DNA of 63,627 nucleotides, the filler included, from Octopus bimaculoides (lineage: Eukaryota): assembly GCF_001194135.2 (NCBI RefSeq). It is 6 parts of 6 records of this genome, joined end to end, with 100 filler letters (N's around TTAATTAATTAA, not from the genome) between each part and the next. Parts side by side here need not be neighbours in the genome. Positions count along the whole stretch, not along the records: positions 1 to 15,260 come from NC_068983.1; positions 15,361 to 32,097 come from NC_069002.1; 4 more parts are not named here. The stretch is one strand, 5' to 3'. The position numbers and the translations under genes were made by a program. Below, one piece after another: positions 13,610-24,762 of this stretch (position 1 is its first letter; each line of letters starts with the position of its first letter). The notes below the pieces were generated by a model. It did not search any database. It saw nothing but the letters and a program-made list of their open reading frames with translations, and was not told the origin of the DNA.

Positions 13610-13830
13610 TGCTTCTTTCGGTCATTTGACGGCGGCCATACTGGAGCATCGCCTTAAAGGGCTTCTTTTTTTAATTTTTAGCCGAACAAATTGATCCCAG
13701 GACTTATTTCTTAAACCTGGTACTTATTCTATCGACCTCTTTTGCCGAACTGCTAGGTTACGGGGGGTGTAAACACACCAACACCGATTGTCAAGCAGTG
13801 ATAGCGGGGAGGACAAACACAAATACAAAC
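13610..13830 (-). mobile_element. SINE family S4 copy (accgcttgacaaccggtgttggtgtgtttac...ccagcatggccgcagtcaaatgactgaa type)
   Basis: Matches 28045, 31185, 38040, 49120, 52420 and 61910. Confidence 0.85.
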
Positions 13831-13847
13831 ACACAACCCACATACGA

Positions 13848-14953
13848 AGTGCTTCACCCTTATTGCAGCCCCTATTTGTTCCACGTACTTCTCGAGATTT
13901 TTACTCACTGTTCCCAGGGTTCCGACAATTACTGGTACTACTACCACCTTTTTCATCGACCACAACTGCTTAACTTCCCAAGCTAACCTGTTATATCTCT
14001 CGACTTTTCTTTCTTCCTTATCGCATACCTTGCTGTCAGCTGGGCATGCTATATCTAAGATCCAGCATAGTTTGTTTTCTTTCTCAATTGAGACTATGTC
14101 CGGCTTCCTATTCTCTATCTCATGGTCGCACAGAATCATAAAATCCCATAGGATCTTTGCATTTCTATTTTCGACAATGCTTTCAGGTTGTGGTCGTACC
14201 AATTTTTTGCTCTGTCAAGTCCATACTTGTTGCAAAGTGTCCAATGGACAAGCCTGGCCACNNNNNNNNNNNNNNNNNNNNNNNNNNNNNNNNNNNNNNN
14301 NNNNNNNNNNNNNNNNNNNNNNNNNNNNNNNNNNNNNNNNNNNNNNNNNNNNNNNNNNNNNNNNNNNNNNNNNNNNNNNNNNNNNNNNNNNNNNNNNNNN
14401 NNNNNNNNNNNNNNNNNNNNNNNNNNNNNNNNNNNNNNNNNNNNNNNNNNNNNNNNNNNNNNNNNNNNNNNNNNNNNNNNNNNNNNNNNNNNNNNNNNNN
14501 NNNNNNNNNNCTTCCTATTCTCTATCTCATGGTCGCACAGAATCATAAAATCCCATAGGATCTTTGCATTTCTATTTTCGACAATGCTTTCAGGTTGTGG
14601 TCGTACCAATTTTTTGCTCTGTCAAGTCCATACTTGTTGCAAAGTGTCCAATGGACAAGCCTGGCCACATTGTCGTAGTGTTTCTTATATTCCTTCTAGG
14701 TTAGTCCTACCCAATGTCAACCACTCTGGTGTTCCTTGGTCGGCGTTTAACAAGGTGTTGAGTTGCGCAGTTATTCGTGCATAACATTCACCAAATCTTT
14801 TGATCCAGTAGCCTTGAACTCCATCTGGTCCCGTGGGCTTCCAGTTGCTCATTTTTTGCTGATTTCCTTCAATTCTTTAACCGAAATGACTAGTTCTGCT
14901 TGTTTTGGACAGACTACTGTTTGTTTCAATCCAACTGAAACAAGAACAGAAGG
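13848..14953 (-). mobile_element. R4/Dong-clade non-LTR retrotransposon (subfamily A), RT core deleted
   Basis: NWK.TGPDGVQGYWIKRF..PEWLTLGRT joins directly to KEYKKHYDNVARLVHWTLCNKYGL..WY..KILWDF..RKPDIV..DIACP..KEERKVERY..VVPVIVGTLG (restriction-like PD-(D/E)xK endonuclease). Part of it is duplicated across the gap. Confidence 0.9.
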
Positions 14954-14974
14954 ATTATTATTATTATTATTTTA

Positions 14975-15260
14975 TGTTTGACTTTTGTTTTGCATTTGTA
15001 CAAGTTGGATCCAAGTCTCACCCAGAGACCTCAAGAGACAACAAGTTAGAAGTTCATGTAGGTGTTATGCCTAGGGTACCATATATTTAGATTTGTACAG
15101 TTTTGTTCTAGTGAATGTTTAAGAAGCCATAAGAAAATTATGTGTTTGCTTTAAAATTTGAGATCACATAAACAGTATTTTACGTAGGATATGGGCAGTT
15201 CCCATGAGCACTATCTTTTGAACTTCAGCCATTTTGGGGTTTCCTGGTATCTGAGCTAGG
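14975..15260 (-). mobile_element. 3' end of an R4/Dong-clade element (subfamily C) with a (TAA)n tail
   Basis: LAQIPGNPKMAEVQKIVLMGTAHILRKILFM*, then a ~200-nt 3'UTR ending caaacataaaataataataat. Confidence 0.8.
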
Positions 15261-15360
15261 NNNNNNNNNNNNNNNNNNNNNNNNNNNNNNNNNNNNNNNN
15301 NNNNTTAATTAATTAANNNNNNNNNNNNNNNNNNNNNNNNNNNNNNNNNNNNNNNNNNNN

Positions 15361-16251
15361 AATAGTCTAGGCGGCTCAGAACAAATGTCTTCCATAGAGT
15401 CAACATGACTTTTTGGTCCCTTGTACGGAATGTACTCAGTATCCACCCTGCCAGTTGTCTGCACTTTGCTGTCAACTTGACAATGTGCATGCGAAATGAT
15501 GCATCACTACACATGTTGATGCCCAAGTCCCTTACTGTTTGTGGTTCTGGGATTGTAGTACCTCCAGGTCCTGTGTATGCCAGTTGGGAGGCACGTGTGG
15601 CCTTGTAGCGCAGTACTTGAAATTTTTTTGCATTCAACTGCATATTATTTTGCTCTGCCCACTCGTACATTGCATTTAGGTCATTTTGCAGGCTTACAAT
15701 ATCATCAAGATTCTTTATTTCCTGACATACTTTTGTGTCATCAGCGTAGCTAGTGACAGTGGCTCTCCGAGTGACCGTGGGCATGTCCAGAAGGACCACT
15801 ATGAACAGTAGTGGCCCCAGGACAGTTCCTTGCGGAACACCGCTCAATATTTGCGTTTCCCTAGATATTTCTCCATTGGCTGCAACTGTCTGACTTCTAC
15901 CATTCAGGAAGTCATGCAGCCATTCTCCTAATTTACCAGCTATGCCAAGGTTTCGCAGCTTGTGACATATCAAGCTATGGTCAACTTTGTCAAAGGCTTT
16001 TGCAAAGTCGAGATATATCACATCAACATTTGAATGGTCAAGTAGCTGCTTCAGGACCCAGTCATAATGATGCAAGAGCTGCGTGAGGCAGCTTCTACCT
16101 GGACGGAAACCATGTTGGGTCTCATTCAGCAAGTCATTTTCTTCTAGGAACACAATCAATCTCCTTCTGACAATTCGTTCCATGACTTTGCTAATATGTG
16201 AAGTCAGAGAGATGGGCCTGTAGTTCCCAGCCTCTGCTCTGCTTCCACCTT
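15361..16251 (-). mobile_element. CR1-type LINE reverse transcriptase fragment, open frame
   Basis: KGGSR..NYRPISLTS..KVMERIV, QHGFRPGRSCLTQL, YLDFAKAFDKVDH, SGVPQGTVLGPLLF, YADDTK, RDLGI, SRLDY; no stop codon over ~295 codons. Confidence 0.95.
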
Positions 16252-16322
16252 ATATGTATATATAAAGAAAGAAAAGGATAAAGAGACCAATGTCAAAGTT
16301 AGAATTATATTTTATGGATAAA

Positions 16323-16372
16323 GTCTTACAGCCGTTTCAGGGAAAACCCAATATATCCCTTCATGGGAAGAC
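16323..16372 (-). ncRNA. Degenerate minimal type I hammerhead ribozyme in the Penelope pLTR
   Basis: gtct-t-CCCATGA-aggga...tccct-GAAAC-ggct-GTA-agac: stems I-III are intact, but the core reads CCCAUGA instead of CUGAUGA. Confidence 0.6.
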
Positions 16373-16839
16373 GGTAGTAGTAGAAGAATGGATTATTACA
16401 TTTATAAGAGGAGATTTGTAGTAAGACGTGAGAGAGATGCACAGAAAAAAGAACAAAGAAGAAACAGTACTTGGGGTGTAGCTCTATTCCAACAGTAAAC
16501 ATCCATGTAAAGAATCCTTGTGGGTATTTTCCGGAGATAATTGTAGTAGCAAATGTGGATATATATCATATCGTATCCGGAGTACTCTGTCCGTTGTTTA
16601 CTCAAAGGATAGCCCAAACCAAGTGAGAGATGTGTGTAGGGTTAAGAGGTCAAGCCTTAAGACAGGAAGGAAAGGGGGGAAGAAGCAATTAAAGTGAGAA
16701 ATAGTAGTAAGCAGCCGTACGGTCAGTTATTCTGACAAGATGGAAAGAAGAAGTAGAGGGAGCAAAAGGAAGAATGTGGGGGTGGAAGCATAAGTTTAGT
16801 AAGGAAAAAGGAATGTGGGGAGGTAATGTGGAGAGGTAT

Positions 16840-17260
16840 TTATATTGTGTATAGTGTCAGGCTATGAACCTGTAAGTGGTGAGGGTGTAGGTGGCATTCT
16901 AAGAACAGTATTAAAGGAAAATAAGAGAATAGTGTTAGTAGTGATATGTTCTGAAAATAGAGCTAAACCTATTTTAAAGATGGCAGAAGGGGGACCAGTT
17001 TGCTACCTCGAGTTGATTGGGGTTATCTATGGGGAGTTTTGCGAGGTAATGTGGAGAAGTATTAAAATTGTGTAAAGGCTATGAAGGAACCTGTAAGTGG
17101 TGGTGGTGGTGGTTGCTTTCAAAGGAAAGTATAAAGGAAGCAAATTAAAAGAATAGATTTAGTAGTGATAAGATCTAAAAAAGAATTAAACCTATTCTAA
17201 AGATGGTAGAAGGGGAGCCAGTTTGCTAAGTCGAGTAGGTTACCTATAGGGAGTTGTGTG
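16840..17260. repeat. Degenerate ~220-bp tandem duplication in the Penelope 3' region
   Basis: gaacctgtaagtggt...taaacctatt.taaagatgg.agaagggg..ccagtttgcta occurs twice. Confidence 0.8.
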
Positions 17261-18382
17261 AGTATGTTGTGTGATCATTTGTGCATTTGTGCCTGTGATA
17301 GAATTTGAATGTATGGAAAAAACGGTGATTGCAGGTGCTAAGTGCTTCGTTATATCGATTAAGTAGAGTGGGAGAATTGTATTTTAAAATATGGAACGCC
17401 TCCTTTAAGCAAAGCTTGCAATTAGAGCGCTGGCCCTGGTATGGAATTCCAGAGTCCAGAATGGACCGTTTTAAAGTATACTGGGTATTTGTGTTTTTGA
17501 GGTGGTGAATGTGGTTGACTAGTGTTGTAGATTTGCCGTGTTTGTCATATCTAAAAGAGTGCAGGTGGGCTGCATAGCGTTGCTTGAAGTTTTTAGTTGA
17601 ACCTATGTATGCAGCTGTTGAGTTACGTAGCAGATTGGTTACAGTGTATTTATATATTACGTTATATCTTACGCAATGCGTTTGTAGCGGCAGATTGTCC
17701 CGGGGCGACAGTTACAAGTAGATGAGACTTGGGGGTTGTGTTCTGTGGTGGATGAGGCAACATTGGATATGTTATGTGAGGATGTAGAAGAATCTAGATC
17801 AATGGAATTATTACTGTTATAGTTATTATTCCCTCCATTGTTATTATTATAGGATATGGTAGTATTATTACCGGGTATATTAGTGGGCTGGGATCTATTG
17901 TGGTCGTGTTCAAGTGTACGAGTGTCAGTGTTAGATGCACGTATATTACCATAGTTATAGTTGTGTGAGTTTTGATAATAGAGTGAACGTTTATGTTTAT
18001 TAGAAGTTGCTATAATAGATTCGAAGTTAGGAGTGGTTCAATAAGACAATTTCAAAGTGGATCTGTTAAATATAGAATGGTATTTGTGTTGTCGGGGGAA
18101 GTTAGAGTCAAGTATTTTGAAGAACGATTTAGCTAAGTTCCTAGCACTGTGTGAGAATGGGTGGGTGTACCATAGTATAGAGCGACCACCGCTTTTTATT
18201 GTGTGTGTGTGTGTGGGGGGGTTCTGTGTACGTTGTAATCTAAGTATTTAGGTGAAGAATAATTGTCCACATTTTGGTGTTGCTAATTGCTTTATTTGTC
18301 TTAGATTTAGCCGTAGTGTTATAAGTGTGTTTGTGGAGACTGTTGGAAAATATGGGTGGTTGGTTGCGGTTGTGATTATTGG

Positions 18383-18384
<2 letters not shown>

Positions 18385-18470
<86 letters not shown>
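18385..18470. repeat. (TA)n microsatellite at the Penelope 5' junction
   Basis: Direct inspection. Confidence 0.95.
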
Positions 18471-18472
<2 letters not shown>

Positions 18473-19619
18473 CATGTATATATGCCCTTATGTACTTTAT
18501 AATACATGCACGATTAATATGCACACACACGAAATGACACACGCGCTAGGCACGCGTGTTTTGGTATGGGAATGCAGGTGCACCACTTGTCAGTTCGGAA
18601 GAAATATATAATACCTGTATTTATGTATATATTTATATGTATTTTTGCTCGTTCATATTCGCATATTTATTATAAATATTTAAATGAATATTTTATCATT
18701 TTGAATTTAACTGCGCATCTTTGTTTCTTGATGTTAAACTCTCACGGGATATTTACTTTGGTTGCTTTAATTCATAATTTCAAAGTACATGTTGTTTTGA
18801 AACTGCTAAAAATTGTCAGGTCAGCATCCGATTTCTTTCGTCTTTGTTTTTATAATGTCTAATAATCAATAATAACTTAGACTAGGTTTTAAGCTCTTTT
18901 TAAAGCTAAACATTATTTATGCCACTTGAGGGTTTACAAGAAGTTTTTCTGGTGACAGGACTTGAAACAATTCAAATGTATCAAACAATCCAAAATTAGA
19001 TTTTAATTTGAAAATGTTTGCGTCAAAAGAAAACTGCAAAATATTCAGAACAAAAAAATAACATTAAATTGAGTAAATATTAACATTAAATGATATGAAA
19101 TCGAATGAACATTGTACAATATAAACAGAACAACAGCAAAATAGAAACAACAAACGAAGTTTTCATTATAGCCAGAACAACCAACAGAAATTTAAAACCA
19201 TAGTCATAACATAAACAACAAACAGAAGAAAACGTCATCATCATCATTATCAACACGTCTTCTGTTGCACAGTGCTTTTTGTTCCTGTGAAAAGTTTTCT
19301 CCTAGATTCGCATTTATCTAATGGGCGGCCTCCCAGTGTGGTGCATCATAAGCAGCTTCGCTTAGAATTCATTCATTTGTCATATTTCGATCTTCTTCGT
19401 TCTCAGCTTCTTCAAATATTTCCCCCGTCTTCTAATTAACTCACGTAATTAACTCAAAAAACCTTCTAGTTAACTCAGGTTCTACGCCATCCACTAAACC
19501 ATTCCTTCTTATCACTCTAACTAGCTCACAAATTCACAGATAATGCTCCAAACATTCCCCTTTCCTTCCAATGCCTCTCTTCTCTGATTGATCTTGCGGT
19601 ATTTTGTCAGTCGATTTGT

Positions 19620-19780
19620 TCGGAGTCCAAATTCCGCCAAGGTCGACTTTGCCTTTCATCCTTTCGGGGTCGATACATTAAGTACTAGTTACGCACTGGG
19701 GTCGATATAATCGACTTCATCTCTTTGTCTATCCTTATTCGTCCCCTCTATGTTTAGCTCTCTGTGGGCAATAAAGAAAA
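19620..19780 (+). mobile_element. SINE family S2 copy
   Basis: Shared S2 motifs. Confidence 0.85.
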
Positions 19781-20289
19781 AGAAACATTCACTTGTTTGC
19801 TTCAGCTCAGTCTTGCTTGTTGGCTAGCAGATGCTGGTTGACGACTACTTCCACCCTACTGCACAACGAGACACCTTTCGGACGTGGTACCTTTACCATT
19901 GATGATGAATTCACGTCGTTATTTACAACTTTATCTGTATTTTGAATTTTTCTCTCGAGTTTGAGCGATGTGTTTTAGGATGTCCCCAATCAATGATTTT
20001 TTCGTAACACCATTACAAACACGATCTCAACCCAAGTAGAAACGACTCCTGTAAGCCTGGTTGCATTTTGGATTTCCCACCTAATAAAGGAGAGCTGTCA
20101 TTCAAGACTAGAGAGGTCTTTCTACCCATAGGATATATGATAGTTAACACATAACTGAGGACCTTATAGGTGCTACTAATCCGTGTCAGAGTAGCCCCGA
20201 GAACAATAGTGGATAACAAGCGGTCGTACACTCCCGAAAACCTTGGCGCTCTAAAAAAGAGCCTCATTACCTGACGTTGTTTGAAACCA

Positions 20290-20361
20290 TATGCAGGACT
20301 TATTATTATTATTATTATTTGTATCATCAACACAATCATCATCATCATCATCATCATCATC

Positions 20362-20418
<57 letters not shown>
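20290..20418. repeat. Compound (TAT)n-(CAT)n-(AAT)n microsatellite
   Basis: Direct inspection. Confidence 0.95.
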
Positions 20419-21249
20419 TCTCTTTATCACAGATCTTGTTGGAGCTCCTGTAGTCTTGCGTGCGTAGCGGGCTTACGAACTGCAGCCTACGGTACAATGT
20501 TATTCCTTCTTTTCAGTTATCTAATACTTTCCTGATTATTCTGGCCATTCCAAGGAATAATGCCTTTTCTAACAGTTCTACTGGGTACTTAATTCCAATT
20601 TCCTTTATATTCCTCTTGATGTCATCTGCTATTGTTCCCAAGGAATCAACAATGATTGGCACTATATTCACCTACTTCATTTTCCATAGCCGGGCTTTTT
20701 CTACTTAAGAGACTTGTAACTATCTATCTGTTCGCCTCCTTGCTTGACTACTGGTAGGTCAAAAAAGACATACGACGTCAACTATATAGCATATGGGATG
20801 CACGTTGTCTACGACCACTAGATCTGGTCTGTTATGTCTACCATCTGATCTGTGTGGATTGGGAAATCCAAGAGGATTTTGCTAGTCTCCGACTTCACCA
20901 CTCCCTACGGTTTGTGCTCATACCACATATTGCCTCTCTCTAGCCCCCAATTTTCACACAGTTTCCAACGTAAAACTTTCGTTACTTGGTCGTGTCGCCA
21001 CAACTTGTAGTGGTTTTGTGCAAGTCTAGGGCATTCGTTTGCGATACGCACAATGGTTTCATCCATTCTATGCGGCACAATGGAGAGAATTTCTCCTTTT
21101 TAAGGTTGAACCTCCAGTTCGCAACCAGAGATTGGTCATGCGTTGCCAGTATCGGTCTATTATTTTAGCCTTCATTTCATTAGTTGTTCTTTCCAGCGAC
21201 TTCAATTGTGGCTAAATGGAATTCATTGTGTAGTCCCTTCTTGCGTATA

Positions 21250-21250
<1 letters not shown>
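20419..21250 (-). mobile_element. R4/Dong-clade retrotransposon (subfamily B), 5'-truncated and decayed
   Basis: HDQSL..PLCR..DETIVRIANECPRLAQNHYKLWRHDQV..WYEHKP..KILLDF..HNRPDLVVVD..IVPIIVDSLG..EKALFLGMARIIRKVLDN*. Confidence 0.88.
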
Positions 21251-21348
<98 letters not shown>

Positions 21349-21378
21349 GAAGCAGCAGCAGCAGCAGCTTCAGCATCA

Positions 21379-21451
<73 letters not shown>

Positions 21452-21467
21452 CATTATTATTATTAAT
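21250..21467. repeat. Mirror-like compound triplet array (TAT)n(CAT)n(GCA)n(CAT)n(TAT)n
   Basis: Direct inspection. Confidence 0.95.
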
Positions 21468-22100
21468 CTAACGCTGGCGATGTGCAATGTTGTCAGCTGT
21501 TCAATTCCAGTGAACTAAGGTAACATATCGTATTTTTCGAGCGCCTTCCGGAGTATTCGAGCGGTTCCAAGCAGTGCTGTTTTCTGCAAGTGCTTCACCC
21601 TTATTGGAGCCCCTATTTGTTTCATATACTTCTCAATGTTTTTACTCACTTTTCCCAGGGCTCCGACAATTAACTGCTTAACCTCCCAAGCTAACCTGTC
21701 ATATCTATCGACATTTCTTTTTTTTCTCATCACATACCTTGTTGTCACCTGGGCATGCTAAATCTATGTTTGCTTTCTTTCTCAATTAAGACTATGACTG
21801 GTTTCCCATTGTCTATCTCATGGTCGCACTGAATCATAAAATCCTACAGGATTTTTGCATTATCATTTTCGACGATACCTTCAGGTTTGTGGTTGTACCA
21901 GGATTTTGCTCTATCAAGTCCATACTTGTTGCAAAGTGTCCAATGGACAAGCTTAGGTATATTGTCGTGGCGTCTCTTATATTCCTTCTGGGCTAGTGGT
22001 TGTCATTGGCTGGTAATATGCCATACGGTTTCACCATTTTGTCCATAAATGATGCACTTATCACTTTCTCATTTCTTGTCTATTCACTTTCTGATGTGTT
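21467..22100 (-). mobile_element. R4/Dong-clade retrotransposon (subfamily A), 5'-truncated at the zinc knuckle
   Basis: C..YGQNGETVWHITS..PLAQKEYKRRHDN..LVHWTLCNKYGL..LQKTALLGTARILRKALEKYDMLP*; TAA arrays on both sides; closely similar to 13848-14953. Confidence 0.92.
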
Positions 22101-22124
22101 GTTATTATTATCATTATTATTATT

Positions 22125-22188
<64 letters not shown>
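22101..22188. repeat. (TAT)n microsatellite
   Basis: Direct inspection. Confidence 0.95.
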
Positions 22189-22190
<2 letters not shown>

Positions 22191-22885
22191 GCGTGAATCT
22201 GGCAGAATCGTTTGCACACCGGACGATATGCTTAGTGGCATTTCATACATCTGCACGTTCTGAGTTGAAATTCCGTTGCGGCCAACTTTCATCCTTCCGC
22301 GGACATTAATTTGAATACCAGGGTATCTTGTTTATTAGAGAGGAAGGGAGAGCAAGAAGTGTTAGCAGAAGCCGTGAGGGAGACACGTTATATTGCTTCT
22401 TTTAAATGTTCATAAGTTGAAAGATAAGCGGAAAGCGGAAAATTCTCAGAAAGAAGCAACAACACTTTCAACAACATTTTCAACATCAAAAGCAATTAAT
22501 ATGGAGACAAAGACAAAATAAAAAACTTTTTACAAACTGTGAAATCACTGTCGACGTATTGGGATGAGGTTACCGATTGATGGCCACCATTCTACAAGAA
22601 TACGTTTCGGTTTCGGAAGCGAAAATCAACGCCGACATGTTGGTTGACTTGCAGCTGGGTTTCTGGATAGACAACTCGAAGTGCAGTCGAACAGGCTCCC
22701 CCGAAAGGTGCGCAAAGGGGCGTCACATATGTGTCTATTTTTCATAATCATACAAATATGAAGATGCCTTTACACAGTTTGAATTACACTTAAAAGAATG
22801 TTATGTATGTATATTTAAAGATGCGTATGAGGGTGTGTGTACAGAAGTATATTTCTGTGCAACTGTATGTCGAACATTCACACTG

Positions 22886-22928
<43 letters not shown>

Positions 22929-23190
22929 GAAGCTTTTAGTTTTATCACGAAGTTATTGCTCTTTTTTTATTTTTCATACTAAAACAAGTATTAAAATTTT
23001 CCAATTCCATTAATGCTAAGGACACGACTTGCAAACCAATGACTTGATTAAACGCGAGAACAGTTCTCAAAATTCTTATGCACACGGACAAACACACTTA
23101 GACTATATTATGCATGTATACATGTGCGCGTGTGTGTGTGTGTAAGCTTCTGTGTGTATATATATAAGTTTCTGTACACATGCGTGCATA

Positions 23191-23235
<45 letters not shown>

Positions 23236-24099
23236 CTGTATATATATATTATATATATATATATAATATATACATAGATGCCTACATACGTACATACATG
23301 TGTATATAGGATTGTGTGCCTGTCTGTGTGTGTGTATATATATCCAGTGAGGTTTTGTACATGTTCATCAAATTGCTTATGTACATAATCCTCTGCTTCG
23401 TGTTTAATTTATCGATTTGCTAAACAACGCAAGCCCCTCTTCTCTTTATCTATGGACATTTCCCCCCTTTAAATTTTTATTGCAGTATTTTATATCCGGG
23501 CGTTTATATGTTTATTTGTGCTTTTTGTTTTACAAAGTTTATATGCTATTTTTTAAATGTGGATATGTTTTTTCGTTACTATTGTTTTGCGAGAAACTAC
23601 AATATTTCATTATTGAAGTATTTCTTAAGGAACTGAAAACTTCCACATAGATCGTGAAGGAAATACAAATGTATATACACATTTATGTAATATACATACC
23701 TTTAGTAAGGAGCATATTATTGTATGCTTTTCATCTGTATTTTCCTCGGAAAAAGTTGGTATTTAACTACTGCGACGTAGATAATCAGTGATTTATGATA
23801 AATATAGAGACACCACGGTTGTTTCCCTCGAGAGATATGATAATATTTTGAATTTAGTAAATGACCTTTGCGGTTGGAATAACGAAACATGAATAACTAA
23901 GCGTTTGTAAAAACGGTATAGTGCTGCGTTATATATAGACAAACGAATATTTTATACACGTCTACATCCGTAGAATTTCAACGTTTCAATTTGTTTTTGT
24001 GTATATATAGCAGGAATCTTTGTCACTTTACCTGTATCTTTGCCACTTTAGCAGAAATCCTTGCCACTTTAACAAATAGGCGAAAATTGATTACCGCAA

Positions 24100-24612
24100 C
24101 AATAAAGAAGATGTAATACTGGCCATTGATGAGGTTGATACAAATTCTGACCCTGATGGGTTCCCAGCAATCCTCCTCAAATCGTGAAAACGAGTTTCTT
24201 TTTCAAATCGTGCAAACGAGCTTCTTTTCCATAACTTTTTACAAGTGGTAAGCTCTCAGACAAACTAAGTGAAGGAACAATATGCCTTATTCACAGAGGT
24301 GGAAGTAGAGTAGATGCTAAGAATTATAGGCCTATCTCTCTGATCTCACACATGAGCAAAGTCCTGGAGCGAATAATCCGCAAGGAAGTAATCGCGTTGC
24401 TTGAAGAAAATGACTTCCTGACTGAGACATGGATTTTGACCAGATAAAAACTGACTACCACAGCTATTACATTAGGACTAGGCGTTAAAACAGCTGCTAA
24501 ATGACTCAAGTGTGGATGCGATATATTTCTTGCAAAAGCCTTCCATAAAGTCGCACACTGCGGGATCTCGGCATAGTCGGGAAACTTGGAGAGTGGCTAC
24601 ACATTTAAATAA
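24100..24612 (+). mobile_element. Decayed CR1-type RT fragment, related to 15361-16251
   Basis: PDGFPAILLK..GGSRVDAKNYRPISLISHMSKVLERIIRK..LEENDFL..AKAFHKV..LGIVGKLGEWLH, with frameshifts. Confidence 0.85.
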
Positions 24613-24685
24613 GGGTATAGTACAGCCAACGGTGGTGCCCCAGCATGACCGCAGCTTTAAAGCTCAAACAATTTACGGAATTTAA

Positions 24686-24720
<35 letters not shown>

Positions 24721-24762
24721 CACGCGCGCGTGCAAACACACACACACACACATACACACACA

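Larger units (their letters stand above)
16262..18385 (-). mobile_element. Penelope-like element (Naiad-type), 5'-truncated: RT thumb, linker, GIY-YIG endonuclease and 3' pLTR
   Basis: My translation: RSILWYTHPFS..FP..HKYHSIFNRSTLKLSY*TTPNFESII, an N/S/T-rich linker, CNCRPGTIC/PLQTHC..NVIYK..AYIGSTKNFKQRY..H..SF..CKLCLKE..LLNRYNE..CNH. One TGA at 18038-18040, one frameshift near 17690, stop at 17244-17246. Confidence 0.88.

Noticed and set aside
15305-15316. TTAATTAATTAA inside N-runs (also 32142, 57805, 60420, 62230)
   Set aside because: Always 44 N + 12 nt + 44 N = 100 bp, with stops in all six frames; this is an assembly gap marker, not biology.
23010-23070. Possible hammerhead remnant (ctaagga...aaacgcgag)
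   Set aside because: Core and stems are too degenerate to support a call.
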